NCBI GenBank assembly: GCA_963699755.1
Contig: CAVOVB010000001.1
Coordinates: 1,280,001-1,344,000 of the forward strand
DNA length: 64,000 nucleotides
Origin: an uncultured delta proteobacterium
GTDB lineage: Bacteria > Myxococcota_A > Polyangia > Polyangiales > Houyiibacteriaceae
Reading direction: 5' to 3'
How positions within the stretch are numbered: position 1 is the first letter of the stretch; each line of letters opens with the position of its first letter. The position numbers were made by a program, and so were the translations under genes. The notes beneath the pieces are model-generated. The model worked only from the letters and a program-made list of their open reading frames with translations, was not told where the DNA came from and searched no databases. Below are positions 36,645 through 47,435 of the stretch, piece by piece.

Positions 36645-38360
36645 ATGATTGCACGATTGATTCCTGGCGTAGCCGGGCTAGCGGTCTTTTTGGCGAGCTG
36701 CAGCACAGCCTCGATCGACACGATCTGTGTGAGCAATTGCGCGAATGATCGCGGTCCACTCGTCGAGACCGCGTTCGGTCCGGTAGAGGGTTACGAGGAG
36801 GACGGCGTGCTCTCATACCGTGGTATTCCCTACGCCGCCGCACCGGTCGACATGCTTCGCTGGAAGCCCCCGGTCGACCCAACGCCATGGACCGACGCGC
36901 TTCCGGTCGTCGATAAGCCCAAGATCTGTCCTCAGCTTGCGTTCGCGGGCCTTCCGGTGCCTGGCTTCATGCCGGACGAAGACTGCCTCTACCTCAACAT
37001 CGACACGCCGGCCCAGGGCTCGGGCATCCCGGTCATGGTCTGGATCCACGGAGGCGGCTTCACGCTAGGTGAGGGCGTGCAGACCGACGGCGGCACGGCC
37101 GGCGACCTGATTGCGCGCGAAATGGGCGCAGTCGTGGTCAGCATGAACTATCGGCTCGGCCAGCTTGGATTCCTCGCACACAGCGAGCTTTCGGCGGAGA
37201 GCCCGGACGGAGCGTCCGGCAACTATGGCCTGATGGATCAAACCGCTGCCCTTCGGTGGGTGCGCGACAACATCGCGAGCTTTGGCGGCGATCCGGGGAA
37301 CGTCACGATTTTCGGCGAGTCCGCTGGTGCCTTCAGTGTCTGCAGCCATCTGGCCTCGGCAAAGAGCGAGGGCCTCTTCCACAAAGCGATCATACAAAGC
37401 GGCTCCTGCGAGCGGCCCTGGCCCACGCTTGCCGCCGCAGAAGCGCAGGGCGACGCTTTTGCCGCCGCGCTCGGCTGTGACACGAACCAAGACGTCCTGG
37501 CCTGCATGCGCGCCAAGTCGACGAGCGAGGTGCTGGGAGCCCTCCCACCCGCCCCAAACTTCGGGTTCACGCCGACCGAAGAGACGTCGGGTAGCTGGGG
37601 CCCCGTGCTCGACGGCTCGTTCTTCACCGAGCAGCCGAGCGACTCGTTCAGCTCGGGCAACTTCAACCGAGTACCGACGATCATCGGCTTCACTCGGGAA
37701 GAGGCAAGGCTCTTCGTCTGGCTCGGCGAGATCGCCGATCCACCTCTCGAGGTGACGGCCGAGAACTATGAAGAGCTGATCGCTCACTTGCTCGGAGGCA
37801 ACAGCGAGCTTGCCGCCAAAGCCGTCAACGAATATCCACTGTCGGACTACTCCGAGCCTGCCGTGGCCCTTGCAGCGGTCGCGACGGACGCAATCTTCCG
37901 CTGTCCAGGCAAGCTCGAAGCCGCGAAGCTCAGCGCGTTCACCCCGACATACCTCTATCAGTTCGAGTACCAGGAGGGACACTCCCAGCTCGAAGTGGCC
38001 TTGCCGTTCATCAAGGCAGCCCTGCCGACCTACGGCCTGGGCGCCTTTCACGCTGCGGATATCCCGTACGTCTTCGGCTACGATCCGCTCATCGAGATCA
38101 ACCCCGAAGACTTTTCGACCACGCTCAAGCCCTGGGGGGTCGGGACGGCGGACTGGGAGCTCTGGGTGGCGATCTTGAGCGACTTCTGGCGATTCGCGCT
38201 GACCGATGATCCGAGCCCTTTGGGCGGTGTGCAGTGGCCGACCTACGACGAAGAGACCGATCAGCATCGGGTCTTCGATACCCTGGTGTACGTCGGCAGC
38301 AACGCCGCCGAGAGCTGCGACTTCTGGGCCGGCGAAGACTACCTGGTCAGCGAGCTCTGA
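36645..38360 (+). CDS. Carboxylesterase type B, lipoprotein
   Basis: Lipobox FLASC, GIPYA, EDCLYLN, WIHGGG, FGESAG, FHAADI. Confidence 0.9.
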   Translation: MIARLIPGVAGLAVFLASCSTASIDTICVSNCANDRGPLVETAFGPVEGYEEDGVLSYRGIPYAAAPVDMLRWKPPVDPTPWTDALPVVDKPKICPQLAFAGLPVPGFMPDEDCLYLNIDTPAQGSGIPVMVWIHGGGFTLGEGVQTDGGTAGDLIAREMGAVVVSMNYRLGQLGFLAHSELSAESPDGASGNYGLMDQTAALRWVRDNIASFGGDPGNVTIFGESAGAFSVCSHLASAKSEGLFHKAIIQSGSCERPWPTLAAAEAQGDAFAAALGCDTNQDVLACMRAKSTSEVLGALPPAPNFGFTPTEETSGSWGPVLDGSFFTEQPSDSFSSGNFNRVPTIIGFTREEARLFVWLGEIADPPLEVTAENYEELIAHLLGGNSELAAKAVNEYPLSDYSEPAVALAAVATDAIFRCPGKLEAAKLSAFTPTYLYQFEYQEGHSQLEVALPFIKAALPTYGLGAFHAADIPYVFGYDPLIEINPEDFSTTLKPWGVGTADWELWVAILSDFWRFALTDDPSPLGGVQWPTYDEETDQHRVFDTLVYVGSNAAESCDFWAGEDYLVSEL

Positions 38361-38370
38361 GACGCTGCGC

Positions 38371-38862
38371 TCAGCCCGCTTCCTTGAGGGCGCGCTGGTT
38401 GTAGTCGTGCTCGTCGCGCATGCCTTCCATCGTGCTCTTTTCGATGAAAGCTTCGAGCTTCTTGCGAATCAGAGGCACCTTTGCAGTGGCCTCGAACTCG
38501 ATGTCGTAGGTGCAGCCGCTCCCGTTCGGGGAGATCGTGACATTGGAGTCGATCGCACCGGGTGTACCGACGACGTCGATGTGGCTCTTGCAGGTCTTCT
38601 TTTCGCCCGCATCTCGCCACTCGCGGCGCTCGACAATCGTATTGGTCGCGTTGAAGAGCTTCTTCGCAAAGCCGGGAAGGTCGCTGTCGATTTCGCGGGT
38701 CGAAGTGATGATGGTCGTGCCGCCCGACTTCTCCACTTGGATGCGCACGTTTCGCTCGCCAGACGCCTCGCAGCGCTTCTTGATGTGATCGGGATCGGTC
38801 ACGAGGCGATACACTGTATCGACGTCTTGGCTGTAGTTGATGGTCAGTTTCGGCATGTCCAA
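38371..38862 (-). CDS. DUF2505 family (SRPBCC-like) protein
   Basis: Size and pattern DLPGFAKK...ERREW...KVPLIRKKLE. Confidence 0.65.
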   Translation of the reverse strand: MDMPKLTINYSQDVDTVYRLVTDPDHIKKRCEASGERNVRIQVEKSGGTTIITSTREIDSDLPGFAKKLFNATNTIVERREWRDAGEKKTCKSHIDVVGTPGAIDSNVTISPNGSGCTYDIEFEATAKVPLIRKKLEAFIEKSTMEGMRDEHDYNQRALKEAG

Positions 38863-38913
38863 CTCCCGTTGCGAAGGAGGGAGCCTAACACGGTTGCGGC
38901 CGAGATCGAGGAC

Positions 38914-40296
38914 CTAATGACCGAAGACGACGTGCAAGATCAGCTCTGCCACTGCGAAATAGACGAGGAGTCCGAGCACGTCGACGACCGACGCGATGAA
39001 CGGAGTCGAAGAGACGGCAGGATCGAGACCTGCGCGCCGGATCAGCAGCGGAAGCAACGAGCCGATCATCGTACTCAAGGTCACGATGGCGAGGATGCTG
39101 GTGCCAATGGCCGTGGCGATGGCGATCGGCGCAACGCTTTCGCCCGCGAACCAGCCCCGCGCAAAGCCAATCATGCCCAGGGCGATTCCCAACGACAAGC
39201 CGATGAGCAGCTCGCGCCCGGCCACCTTCGCCCAGTCCCGGGGCCGAAGCTCGCCGACCGCCATTGCGCGGATGACGAGCGTGGCGGACTGCGACCCTGC
39301 ATTTCCTCCCGACGCGATGATCAAGGGAATGAAGAGAACCAGCTCGACCGTGGCGGAGAGGAAATCCTGGTTCCGGCGGATCACCGTCGCGGTGAGCAGC
39401 TGCGCGATGAAGAGGAGGACGAGCCACGAGCCGCGCTTCCAAACGAACTCGGCCCAGCCGGTGTCGAAGTACGAGTCCTCGAGAGGCACGACACCACCCA
39501 TCTTCTGCGCGTCTTCGGTCGCCTCTTCGATGACGACGTCGACGACGTCATCGACGGTGACGACCCCTAGCATCCTCGAAAGATTGTCGACCACGGGAAG
39601 GGCAGCCAAGTCGTAGCGAGCGATCGCGTGGGCTACTTTCTCCTGATCGTCGAACGCCGATACCTTGAATACATTCTCGGTCATGATCTCCGAGAGCGAC
39701 TGCCCCGGCTCGCTCAAGATCAAGTCGCGAAGGGAAACCACGCCCAAGAGCTCGCCGTTGGTCCGACAGACGTAGATGTAGTAAAGTATCTCCGCCATCT
39801 CGTCGCGGCCCAAGCGCCGCGCAGCTTCCATTGCCTCCCAAACTTTCGTCTCCGGTGGCAAGGACGCGAACTCGGTGGTCATCAGACCACCGGCGGTTTC
39901 CGGCTCGTACCGGACGAGCTCGCGGACTTCCTCGGCGGCCTCTGGCTCGTGGCGCTCGAGCGCGCGAAGTAAGGCGGTTGCCTCTTCTTCTTCGAGCTCC
40001 TGGAGCAAGTCGACGCGATCGTCGGGGTCCATTTCCCGAAGCAGCTCGACAGCGCGTCGGATGTCGATCGCGTTGAAGACCAGAACCTGGCGACGCGGGC
40101 TCAGTCGCTCGACGACGTCGGCGGCAGTTTCCGTAGGCAAGGCGCGGACCAGCGAGACCGCCTCCCGCGCAGACAGGTCCTCGAGCAGCTCTGCGACGTC
40201 TTCGGCGTGGAACTCGGACACCGCCTCGCGAACGGCCTCGGGACCGATCGCTATCGCGTCCTGGAGGTCCGGTCCTATCAGTGGTGCCAAGCGCAT
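38914..40296 (-). CDS. mgtE: Magnesium transporter MgtE
   Basis: ETAGGLMT, CBS pair (GVVSLRDL, GVVTVDD), SGGNAGSQ, DPAVSSTPFIASVVDVLG. Confidence 0.93.
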   Translation of the reverse strand: MRLAPLIGPDLQDAIAIGPEAVREAVSEFHAEDVAELLEDLSAREAVSLVRALPTETAADVVERLSPRRQVLVFNAIDIRRAVELLREMDPDDRVDLLQELEEEEATALLRALERHEPEAAEEVRELVRYEPETAGGLMTTEFASLPPETKVWEAMEAARRLGRDEMAEILYYIYVCRTNGELLGVVSLRDLILSEPGQSLSEIMTENVFKVSAFDDQEKVAHAIARYDLAALPVVDNLSRMLGVVTVDDVVDVVIEEATEDAQKMGGVVPLEDSYFDTGWAEFVWKRGSWLVLLFIAQLLTATVIRRNQDFLSATVELVLFIPLIIASGGNAGSQSATLVIRAMAVGELRPRDWAKVAGRELLIGLSLGIALGMIGFARGWFAGESVAPIAIATAIGTSILAIVTLSTMIGSLLPLLIRRAGLDPAVSSTPFIASVVDVLGLLVYFAVAELILHVVFGH

Positions 40297-40345
40297 CGCG
40301 CCCGATTCTGGCGCATACAGGTGACCGCCGCAGCAAAAATCTGGC

Positions 40346-41062
40346 CTACTCGGTCTCTTGTTTCGATCGGAAGCGGATGTTGATCAGCTCGACCATCAAG
40401 GCGAAAGCCATGGCGAAATAGATGTAGCCCTTGTTGATGTGCTGCCCTAGGCCCTCTGCCGTGAGTAAGACCCCGATGAGCAGGAGGAAGGAGAGGGCGA
40501 GAATCTTCATCGAAGGGTACTTGTTGACGAAGTCACCGATCTGCTTGGCGAAGAGCAGCATCACCCCAATCGCGATGACCACCGCGGTCACCATCACCTC
40601 GATGTGCTCCGCCATGCCGACGGCGGTGATCACCGAGTCGAGCGAGAAGATGATGTCGAGCACCATGATCTGCGCGACGATGCCCGGCATGCCATGAAAC
40701 CAACCGGCGATGTCCTCCTGGTGCTCGCCTTCGACCTTCTCGTAGATCTCTTGGGCGCTCTTGGCGATGAGGAACAGGCCGCCTCCGAGCAGGATGAGGT
40801 CGCGGCCCGAGAAGGGATGGCCGAGGACTTCGAACAGCGGATGGGTCAGCTGCATCACCCAATTGATGGTCATCAGGAGACCGATGCGGGTGAACATGGC
40901 CCCAAGAAGACCAAGCCGATAAGCCAGCCCCTGTTTCTCCACCGGCAGGCGGGATGCCAGAATCGCGATGAAGACGATATTGTCGATCCCGAGAACGATC
41001 TCGAGGAGCGTGAGGGTCAGGAGCGCGACCCAGGCGTCGGGATTGAAGAGCAGCTCGGTCAT
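40346..41062 (-). CDS. TerC family integral membrane protein
   Basis: LEIVLGIDNIVFI, LDIIFSLDSVITAVGM, KGYIYFAMAF. Confidence 0.9.
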   Translation of the reverse strand: MTELLFNPDAWVALLTLTLLEIVLGIDNIVFIAILASRLPVEKQGLAYRLGLLGAMFTRIGLLMTINWVMQLTHPLFEVLGHPFSGRDLILLGGGLFLIAKSAQEIYEKVEGEHQEDIAGWFHGMPGIVAQIMVLDIIFSLDSVITAVGMAEHIEVMVTAVVIAIGVMLLFAKQIGDFVNKYPSMKILALSFLLLIGVLLTAEGLGQHINKGYIYFAMAFALMVELINIRFRSKQETE

Positions 41063-41249
41063 CTGCGCGGCCCGTTTTAGCGTGACGCAAGCGTGTGCGG
41101 CAAACCCTCTTGGGCGACGGATGGCTTGATACGGCCTTCGGTGGCCTCGAAGGCACAGCGGATCTCCAAGAAGGCCTCGCGCAGGCGCTTTCTCTCCGAT
41201 AGTTGCGGGGCTTGGATGGTCTGGCTAACCTGAGCCTGTGGGGTTCAAA

Positions 41250-41843
41250 ATGAGCACAAGCCGTCTTGCATGCATGCTCCTCGCAGCTCTCGTGCTCTCT
41301 TGTGCGCAGGATGACGGCCCGGTTCTGGTGGATGCGCAGTGGAACCTGACCTGCCCGTCCGGCGGTGAGATCGATTGCGCGGCACCCGCCGAGACTTGCC
41401 TCGGCGATTCGGGCCAACGCGAGATCGTAGGTGAGCATCGGCAAGTTGCTTGCACCGGTGATCCAATGGTCGTGATCTGCGAAGCGATCCAGCGGTCCGA
41501 CGGAACGAGGGTCCTTTACCTCGAAGCCAACATCAGCGAAGAGTTCGCCTTCGAGCTCCGCGGGGCGACCGTCGATGTCGGAAATGGCTCGATGGCACCC
41601 ACCGCTTGCAACGTCACCATCATCGAAGACCAGGTCCCTTACGACGTCGGCGACTGCGGGCAAGATCCGCCCTCGATCGCGCAGCCCTGCCAACTCTCGA
41701 ACATCGAGATCTCGGGTAACGAGTTGGTCTTCAACCTCGAGTGCGACGCATTGCTGAGCAGCACGACGGGCGCCGGCTTCGACGTAGGCGCAGTCGGCGG
41801 CGGCCCGACGACGATCCGCTTCGCCAATTGCACTGGCTTCTAG
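41250..41843 (+). CDS. Cysteine-rich lipoprotein of unknown function
   Basis: Lipobox LVLSC plus 10 further Cys; CTAG stop overlap with spoVR. Confidence 0.65.
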   Translation: MSTSRLACMLLAALVLSCAQDDGPVLVDAQWNLTCPSGGEIDCAAPAETCLGDSGQREIVGEHRQVACTGDPMVVICEAIQRSDGTRVLYLEANISEEFAFELRGATVDVGNGSMAPTACNVTIIEDQVPYDVGDCGQDPPSIAQPCQLSNIEISGNELVFNLECDALLSSTTGAGFDVGAVGGGPTTIRFANCTGF

Positions 41844-43378
41844 AGGGCCTTCTGAGCGAGGTCACTGCCGTCGAAGCGAAGGGCCGTCGGCTTTTCGTCG
41901 ACGATCGTGTGAATTTCGACAGGGCGCGTCCAGACGCGGCTCAGCGCTTTCACGACTTCCTTGGCCCAATCCAATCGTAGGTCGGCGCCCTGGTGGCGAT
42001 GCTCGAGAAGCAGCTCTGAGCGATTCCCATGGTTTGCATCTACCACGGAGATGATTGGATTGCCCGCATTGGTGAGGCTCGTCAGCAGCTGTCTCTTCAC
42101 GTCCTGGAAGGTGCGACTTTCGATTTCCCAGCGATCGTTTCGCTGGTTGTACCCGAAGGCATAGAGCTTCTGGTCGATGACGAAGTCCTCCGTGAGGTAC
42201 TCGTCTATGAACGTCACGTCGTTGTACAGGGCGCGCACTTCGAAGATCTTCTCGCGCCCGAGACCGGTGCGACGGTCCCAATGGCGGCGAAGCCCCCAGT
42301 CGTCGCAATCATCCCACTCCTTCCCGAACTGCCCTTTGTTCCAGCGCTCTTCGATGTGTCGGAAGAGCTCGATGCCGAGCTTGTAGGGGTTGAGCTGCCC
42401 GGGTGTGGTCGCAAGGACGCTGGCGCAGCGGTCGGCGTAGTCCACAATCTCGCTCGAGTCGCAGATGTTCTCCGTCATGAGGCGGCTGTGCCAGTAGCTG
42501 GCCCAACCTTCATTCATGATCTTGGTCTGCATCTGCGGGAGGAAGTAATAGGCTTCCTCCCGGACGACCGCGAGGCACTCGCGCTCCCATCGCTGAAGAG
42601 GAGCGTTCTCGAGAAGGAAGCCAAGCACGTCCCGCTGGGGCTCCGCCGGGAATCGCTGCGCTTGCGCAGCCTCGTCGACCATTTTCTGTTTCTGTGATTG
42701 GACGAACTCCTCGGGGTTGATGAAGGACTCCATGTACTCGCGGTCGACGCGGAGAAGCGGTACCTCCGGAGTTTCGGGCAGCTCTTCCTCTTCGGAGCTG
42801 CTTGGAGAGCTGTCTTTCGGCAGGAAAGGCTTTTGTGGATCGATCAGGTTCTCGAGGCTCAAGCAGGCGTCGATGAACTGCTCTACGGTCTCTATCCCGA
42901 TGCGATTGGCCCACTTGCGGATGACCGCTCCGTGGTTGGCCATAGCATCGATCCACTTGCGCACGTCGGCGCCGCTCTTTGGGTCGCGTCCTTGGCTCGT
43001 CATGCGAAAGCAGAAGTTGTTCTTGAAAAAGTCGACGTGCGCATACACATGCGCCATCACGAGCTTCTGGTCGACGAGACTGTTGCCTTCCAGAAGGTAA
43101 GCGATCGACGGATTGTTGTTGATCACCAGCTCGTAGATTTTGGAGAGCCCGTACTCGTGGCTCTTGCTCAAACGCTCGTACTCCATGCCCCAGCGCCAAT
43201 GCGGGTAGCGAGTCGGGAAGCCACCGTAGGCGGCGACTTCGTTCATCTGGTCATAGCTCAGAACTTCGAAAATCGTTGGAAAGAAATCCAAGCCCACGCC
43301 GCGCGCGAACTCTTCAATCCGTCGTTGCTCGTCGCGAAGGTAGTTCGGAAGAGCGGTTTTCAGTGCGAATTGCGCCAC
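41840..43378 (-). CDS. SpoVR family protein (YcgB-like)
   Basis: [48 protein letters not shown]. Confidence 0.93.
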   Translation of the reverse strand: MAQFALKTALPNYLRDEQRRIEEFARGVGLDFFPTIFEVLSYDQMNEVAAYGGFPTRYPHWRWGMEYERLSKSHEYGLSKIYELVINNNPSIAYLLEGNSLVDQKLVMAHVYAHVDFFKNNFCFRMTSQGRDPKSGADVRKWIDAMANHGAVIRKWANRIGIETVEQFIDACLSLENLIDPQKPFLPKDSSPSSSEEEELPETPEVPLLRVDREYMESFINPEEFVQSQKQKMVDEAAQAQRFPAEPQRDVLGFLLENAPLQRWERECLAVVREEAYYFLPQMQTKIMNEGWASYWHSRLMTENICDSSEIVDYADRCASVLATTPGQLNPYKLGIELFRHIEERWNKGQFGKEWDDCDDWGLRRHWDRRTGLGREKIFEVRALYNDVTFIDEYLTEDFVIDQKLYAFGYNQRNDRWEIESRTFQDVKRQLLTSLTNAGNPIISVVDANHGNRSELLLEHRHQGADLRLDWAKEVVKALSRVWTRPVEIHTIVDEKPTALRFDGSDLAQKAL

Positions 43379-43381
43379 GCG

Positions 43382-44494
43382 CTACTTCCCCTTCCCGAGA
43401 AACTCTCGAATCGATTCGACGATAGCTTCACGGTCATTGATCTCGCTCGTGATTAGTTGATCGTCTCCTGAGAAGTGCTCCTTGAGGTCCTTGATGAACT
43501 GTCCGGAGCCATACGGGCTATCGACCTGTCCGTAGCAAAAGACGTTGGAAGATGGGAGGAGGAGCTTCTTCAGGATGTCGACGCAGAGCAACGTGTCGTC
43601 GACGCTCCAATTGTCACCATCCGAAAAATGGAAAGGGTAAATGTTCCACTCCGAGGAGGGATAGTCGCGTTCGATCATGTCGGCAGCGAGCCGGTAGGCC
43701 GAGGAGATCATGGTGCCGCCAGATTCCCTTGTGCGGAAGAACGTATCGCGGTCGACTTCGCGCGCGGCCGCATCGTGAATGATGAAGCGTGTTTCGATGC
43801 CCTTGTATTGCTTGCGCAGCCAGGTATCAATCCAGAACGACTCGATGCGAACGATTTCCTTCTGCTCGTCGCCCATCGAGCCAGACACGTCCATCATGTA
43901 GATGATGACCGCGTTCGCGACGGGCTCTTCCTCGGTCTTCCAGGACTTGTAGCGCATGTCCTCGCGAGTCGGGATGATCACCGGATGCTTCGGGTCGTAG
44001 GTGCCGAGCGCGATTTGGCGGCGGAGCGCGCTTCGAAACGTACGCTTGAAGTGACGGAGCGAGTTTGGGCCCACGTTGCGCACGCCTATGTAGCGATCCT
44101 TCTTGTCGACGACTGCACTCTTGCCCTTGTTCTCGATGTTCGGGAGCGCCAGCTCCTCGCCGAGGATGTCTGCCAGCTCGTCGAGCGTGAGCTCTACTTC
44201 GAGCGGATGATCGCCGGCCTGATCGCCCGCTCGCTTCCCGTCACCCTCTCCCTCCTGCGGGCTTCCAGACAAGGGATCCCCTGGGTCCCCGTCGCCCTGG
44301 GCCACGCCGCCTTGTTGCTTGTCGCCGAAGCGCAACTTCGGAATGTCGATGTGCGGGATTGGGATCGAGACGATGTCTTTTCCCTGGCGGCCCAGCAGCT
44401 CACCCTTGGAGATGTACTTGCGAAGATTCTGACGAATCCGACCGCGAACGATGTTGCGGAACCGGGAATGATCCTGGTCGATGCGCAGCGACAC
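43382..44494 (-). CDS. DUF444 family protein (YeaH/YhbH)
   Basis: [28 protein letters not shown]; between prkA and spoVR. Confidence 0.92.
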   Translation of the reverse strand: MSLRIDQDHSRFRNIVRGRIRQNLRKYISKGELLGRQGKDIVSIPIPHIDIPKLRFGDKQQGGVAQGDGDPGDPLSGSPQEGEGDGKRAGDQAGDHPLEVELTLDELADILGEELALPNIENKGKSAVVDKKDRYIGVRNVGPNSLRHFKRTFRSALRRQIALGTYDPKHPVIIPTREDMRYKSWKTEEEPVANAVIIYMMDVSGSMGDEQKEIVRIESFWIDTWLRKQYKGIETRFIIHDAAAREVDRDTFFRTRESGGTMISSAYRLAADMIERDYPSSEWNIYPFHFSDGDNWSVDDTLLCVDILKKLLLPSSNVFCYGQVDSPYGSGQFIKDLKEHFSGDDQLITSEINDREAIVESIREFLGKGK

Positions 44495-44497
44495 CCT

Positions 44498-46543
44498 TTA
44501 CTCCTTTACGTCGCCCCTCGCGAAGATGCTGGCGACATAAGCGAGCACATCGGTAGCTGATGCCTCGTTGTAGCCGTAGTATTTGATGAGCCGATTCTTG
44601 ATGATGTCGATCTTGTCCTGCGTTTCTTTGTCGATCACGTTCGACACGAAGCTCGACAGCTTGATCGAGTCCTTCTGATCTTCGAAGAGCTTCATCTCGA
44701 GCGCGCGCCGCAATCGATCGTTCGTTTCGTAGGTGAACTTCTTTCCTTCGAGCGCCAGATGACCGATGAAGTTCATGATTTCCCGTCGGAAGTCGTCTTT
44801 GCGTGGATCGGTGATGTCAATCTTCTCTTCGATGGAACGCATCAGCCGCTCGTCCGGCTCCTCGTCTTTGCCGGTGTACTTGTTCTTCACCTTCTGCTTC
44901 ATCAAGTAAGCGCGAATGTTGTCGATGTAGTTCGCGGAAAGTCGTCCAATCGCCTCTTCGTCGGCGCTGATCGCGCGCTGCACTTCGTTCTTGACGATCT
45001 CGTCGTACTCGGCCTTCACGACGCCGATCAGCTCCGCATAGCGCTTGCCTTGTTCGTCGCCGACGGTGAGGGAGGCGGTGAGCCCCTTCTCGAGCTCGTT
45101 GAGCACCATGAACGGGTTGATGTACCCCTCGGTGCCTTCACGAACGAGCGAGTTGCTGATCTTGTCCTGCACGTAGCGAGGCGACATGCCTTCGAGGCCT
45201 TCGCGATTCGCTTCCTTGCGGAGCTCCTTCACGTTGTCTTGCGTGTACCCCGGGAGAATTTTGCCATCGTAGAGCTTCAGCTTCTGCAACAAGGCGAGCT
45301 GATGCTTCTTGGGCTCTTCCAGGCGCGTCAAGACAGCCCACATCGCCGCCACTTCGAGCGTGTGGGGCGCCACGTGCTTGCCGCGCAAGCGAGCCGAGCT
45401 GAAGTCTTTTTGGTAAATCTTGATCTCTTCGCTCATCTTCGTGATGTACGGGATGTCGATCTTGATCGTGCGGTCGCGAAGCGCTTCCATGAACTCGTTG
45501 TTGATGAGCTTTTTGTACTCCGCTTCGTTCGTGTGACCGATGATTACCTCGTCGATGTCGGTCTGCGCAAACTTCTTCGGCTTGATCTTGTGCTCTTGGG
45601 TCGCACCGAGCAGGTCGTAGAGGAAGGCGACGTCGAGCTTCAAGACCTCGACGAACTCGACCACGCCACGATTCGCGATGTTGAACTCGCCATCGAAGTT
45701 GAAGGCGCGCGGGTCCGAGTCAGAACCGTATTCGGCAATCTTTCGATAGTTGATATCACCTGTCAGCTCGGTCGAATCTTGGTTCTTTTCGTCTTTCGGC
45801 TGAAAGGTGCCGATGCCTACGCGGTCCTGTTCGCTCAAGAGCAGACGTTTCACGTTGACGTGATTGGACATCACTTTCGACCAGTCGCCGTCGTAGCGTT
45901 CGAGCAGGCTCTTGAAGATGAACCTGCATGCGGGGTTGAGCTCGCCCTGTACCCGGACACGCCTCCGATCGTCGCCCAGGCGAAGCTCCTGCACGGCTTG
46001 CTCCCGCCACTCGGCTGGTATCAATCGAAGTGGCTCGTCGTGCATGGGGCAGGGGAAGACGTCGTCACCGCCCGCGAGCCCGGTTTGGTGCAAGTTGGTC
46101 CACTCGTAGGTGTAGAGCGCACCTTCCGGAGTTCGCGAGTAGCGCTCGAGCCCCTTCTTGAGCAGACGCGCGATCGTGCTCTTCGACGAGCCGACCGGCC
46201 CGTGCAGCAGGATGATTCGCTTTTCAGGGCCGTAACCTTGTGCGGCGGCGTGAAGAACGTGAACCAAGCGCATCAATGGTATGTCCAAGCCGAAGATCGC
46301 ATCCTTGCCGTTTTCGATTGGATCTTTGAAGAAGGGATATCGAATCAGCTTCTTCTTGTTATCGATGTACTCCTCTTCACCGTACGAGATCACCATGTCG
46401 TAGAGTCGCTGGAACGCGTTGCGCGTCACCTGCGGTTTGTCTCGTACGATCTGAAGATAGTCTTCGAAGGAGCCTTCCCAGTGTAGGTCCTGGTAGCTTT
46501 CGTAGTCCTGCAGGGCAGCAATCTGCTTGACCATTTCCCCCAT
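44498..46543 (-). CDS. prkA: PrkA/YeaG family AAA+ serine protein kinase
   Basis: [45 protein letters not shown] 46543 with GGAGG RBS. Confidence 0.92.
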   Translation of the reverse strand: MGEMVKQIAALQDYESYQDLHWEGSFEDYLQIVRDKPQVTRNAFQRLYDMVISYGEEEYIDNKKKLIRYPFFKDPIENGKDAIFGLDIPLMRLVHVLHAAAQGYGPEKRIILLHGPVGSSKSTIARLLKKGLERYSRTPEGALYTYEWTNLHQTGLAGGDDVFPCPMHDEPLRLIPAEWREQAVQELRLGDDRRRVRVQGELNPACRFIFKSLLERYDGDWSKVMSNHVNVKRLLLSEQDRVGIGTFQPKDEKNQDSTELTGDINYRKIAEYGSDSDPRAFNFDGEFNIANRGVVEFVEVLKLDVAFLYDLLGATQEHKIKPKKFAQTDIDEVIIGHTNEAEYKKLINNEFMEALRDRTIKIDIPYITKMSEEIKIYQKDFSSARLRGKHVAPHTLEVAAMWAVLTRLEEPKKHQLALLQKLKLYDGKILPGYTQDNVKELRKEANREGLEGMSPRYVQDKISNSLVREGTEGYINPFMVLNELEKGLTASLTVGDEQGKRYAELIGVVKAEYDEIVKNEVQRAISADEEAIGRLSANYIDNIRAYLMKQKVKNKYTGKDEEPDERLMRSIEEKIDITDPRKDDFRREIMNFIGHLALEGKKFTYETNDRLRRALEMKLFEDQKDSIKLSSFVSNVIDKETQDKIDIIKNRLIKYYGYNEASATDVLAYVASIFARGDVKE

Positions 46544-46595
46544 GTGCGAAGTCCTCCTTGTCGAGCAGGGTAGCACCAACCCCGATCCTTGTTAA

Positions 46596-47357
46596 CTATC
46601 GAAGCCAGGCGGCAATGCAGGTCGCGACCACGGCTGCGAACACGAACCATCTCAAGCCTGCGGTGGGGACTCTGAGCATGAGGCGAACGCCGAGCCGGGC
46701 GCCGATGATCGAAGCGGCTGCCAATACGACGGCGGGAGTCCAGGACACCAGGCCCGCCCAGGCGAAGATGCCAAGGGAGACCGAGCCAAAGGCTAGCGTC
46801 ACCACCAACTTGAGCGCATTGCCGCCCACCAGATCATGACGCAGCGTCCCAACTAGGACGCCGAGCAATAGAAAACCCACTCCCGCCTGTATGAATCCCC
46901 CGTAGAGACCGGCCAGGAAGAGACCAAGATAGGAACGAGGTGCTTGCCGAGGACGGAGTGTCGGCCCGTCGGCTGGAATCAGAGTCTGCTTCCGGAGCGC
47001 GATGAGCGCTGCCATCAGAACCATCGTGGCGAGCATAATTGGCTTGAGCACCTCTCGCGGGACCCGCGTTGCAAGGAGCGCGCCGACGATCGCGCCGAGC
47101 ACGGTAGGGACCAGAATCGGAACAATCGAGCCGCGGTCGAGCTTGCCTGCGCGACTCAGCGCTGCGGTGCCGGCGATACTCTGCGTGACCACACCCAGTC
47201 GATAGGTGCCGTTTGCGACATCCGCCGGGAGGCCGAGTGCGATCAACGCAGGCAGGACGATCATGCCGCCGCCGCCGGCCATGACGTTCACAATCGTGGC
47301 GAGCACGCCAGCTACTGCGAGGATCGCGAGGCTTTGGTAACTCAGCTCCTCGATCAT
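46596..47357 (-). CDS. Sulfite exporter TauE/SafE family protein
   Basis: MAGGGGMIVLP, ANGT, GLYGGFIQAGVG. Confidence 0.85.
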   Translation of the reverse strand: MIEELSYQSLAILAVAGVLATIVNVMAGGGGMIVLPALIALGLPADVANGTYRLGVVTQSIAGTAALSRAGKLDRGSIVPILVPTVLGAIVGALLATRVPREVLKPIMLATMVLMAALIALRKQTLIPADGPTLRPRQAPRSYLGLFLAGLYGGFIQAGVGFLLLGVLVGTLRHDLVGGNALKLVVTLAFGSVSLGIFAWAGLVSWTPAVVLAAASIIGARLGVRLMLRVPTAGLRWFVFAAVVATCIAAWLR

Positions 47358-47435
47358 GAACGCTCCGCGTACGCACTATACCGTGTTTTCGTTTCTCGCT
47401 ACGGCTGGAGCCAAAGCGTGCTAGCGTTCGGCAAC

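Noticed and set aside
41078..41228. Minus-strand open stretch ...LSERKRLREAFLEIR... resembling a DUF294 C-terminal helix
   Set aside because: No start codon upstream of the motif; similarity is short and could be chance
41063..41249. yybP-ykoY manganese riboswitch upstream of the TerC gene
   Set aside because: Only a short GCCTTCG/CGAAGGC hairpin is visible; the conserved GGGGAGUA-type core is not seen. An Rfam covariance search would settle it
46944..47435. N-terminal extension of the PhoH ORF in the ORF track
   Set aside because: Overlaps the TauE gene antisense; the PIN domain begins at TTG 47436
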